From Vicugna vicugna (taxonomy: Eukaryota), in NCBI GenBank assembly GCA_013265495.1, contig MU058384.1, positions 4,389,239 to 4,453,238 on the forward strand: a DNA stretch of 64,000 nt, in the 5' to 3' direction. The notes under the pieces are model-generated. The model was not told where the DNA came from, made no database searches, and saw only the letters and a list, made by a program, of their open reading frames with translations. The translations under genes were made by a program, and so were the position numbers. Shown here one piece after another: positions 63,001 through 64,000 of the stretch. Position 1 is the stretch's first letter, and each line of letters begins with the position of its first letter.

Positions 63001-63110
63001 CAGCTTACTGGAGTGGAGCCTTTTCTGTTTATGTTTCCTCATTTCGAGAGTGACGTCAAAGGGTTTAGTTTTTCCTCTGCATGTGCTATTAATTTTAAAG
63101 TGCTGTGCTA
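62960..63110 (-). promoter_or_regulatory. Candidate core/proximal promoter
   Basis: TGACGTCA 63051-63058; minus-strand TATA/forkhead-like CATAAACA near 63025-63033; CCAAT 62981-62985; highest local CpG density in the window. Confidence 0.55.
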
Positions 63111-64000
63111 TGGGAAGAATGTGTGTGTGCCTGTGGTCAGCTGGGGCACCCCGCTCTCCAGAGAACCCAAAAAACATGTTCTATTTTTGGAAATCAATCT
63201 GAACCATTTAAAATACCTTGCAGTGAGGTGTATCAAAAACAAAATAGATAAGAAATGAGCTAAATGAGAGCAGCAAGATTTATTTTTTTCCCCCAAGTGT
63301 GAGTGTAAGTACATGTGCTCACTTCCCAGCTGTTGCTTATTTTTGAACTAATTCATTTACCTTTATTTCCAGATGAGTTGTTCATCTTGATAGCCATGGA
63401 TGCAGAATTGCACAAATGAGCTGGTGAATAATATTGTGGGCAGTGAAAAATAGAAATCATGTTTACGCGGCTGATCCCTGCTTTTCTCTCTTTCCTCCAG
63501 CGTATGTGGTGAAGCCTCAGGAGTATTCATACTCCAGAGATCCCTCCCGCAGCTCCCCACAGGGAGTCATTCAAGGAGCAGGGCACAGGGATGCCACACT
63601 GGCGTGCCCGGGGCTTCAGCACATCCTCTCCCAAAGTGTGTGGAGGTACAGTTATTTAGGGACACTTCTTCTACCAGGACCCCCAGCTCATCCCTGTGTT
63701 TCTCTTCCCACTCTGGAAAATCTCGGTGGTGACCATCTGTTGTTTCTGCCACCCCCGTATCCCCTTCCTTTTCCCCCACCCCCTGCCCCATTCTGCTAAC
63801 AGAGCCTCTTTTTTCCTTTTGGAAACTTTCCTTTCTCTATCTATAGATTGCGCAGCATTCCTCACAAATCCCTCCCCACAGCCCCCCAACAGAACTATAA
63901 GGAGGCATGTGACCCAGAATGCCCAATCGGATTTCTCCATTGCTTTAGACACAGCAAATGTGTTAGGAGGTAAGCACAACACTCAAGAAAGGCCAGGGTC

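Noticed and set aside
62595..63202. Overlapping 100-148 aa ORFs near the promoter
   Set aside because: By-product of GC-richness; they cross a polyT tract and match no known protein
1..64000. Scattered AP-1 (TGASTCA) sites and isolated GT-AAG donors
   Set aside because: Numbers are compatible with chance, and several lie inside repeats
1..64000. CRISPR array, operon, rRNA or other prokaryotic-type system
   Set aside because: No regularly spaced repeats, no dense ORFs, no rRNA-like sequence; this is mammalian repeat-rich DNA

Overview
AT-rich mammalian genomic DNA, very likely camelid (alpaca/camel lineage). The evidence is a tRNA-derived Vic-1-type SINE, camelid-type L1 3' tails, and no Alu, B1, Bov-A/BovB, PRE1 or Can-SINE that I could see. 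Roughly half of the window is recognisable interspersed repeat: L1, L2, CR1/L3, MIR, LTRs and DNA transposons, often nested. None of the supplied six-frame ORFs resembles a protein I recognise, and I call no CDS. The best non-repeat signal is a CpG-enriched promoter-like block at ~62.8-63.1 kb (CRE, CCAAT, TATA-like) followed on the minus strand by a strong splice donor at 62587. This suggests most of the window is 5' intron sequence of an unidentified minus-strand gene. Main points of interest: three perfect CRE palindromes in repeat-free islands; a possible plus-strand spliced antisense transcript; a cluster of extremely short (25-115 nt) L1 3'-end stubs with target-site duplications; and a solo MER41-like ERV1 LTR. 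I found no evidence of a genuinely new biological system. Repeat family names come from remembered consensus sequences and need Dfam/RepeatMasker confirmation.
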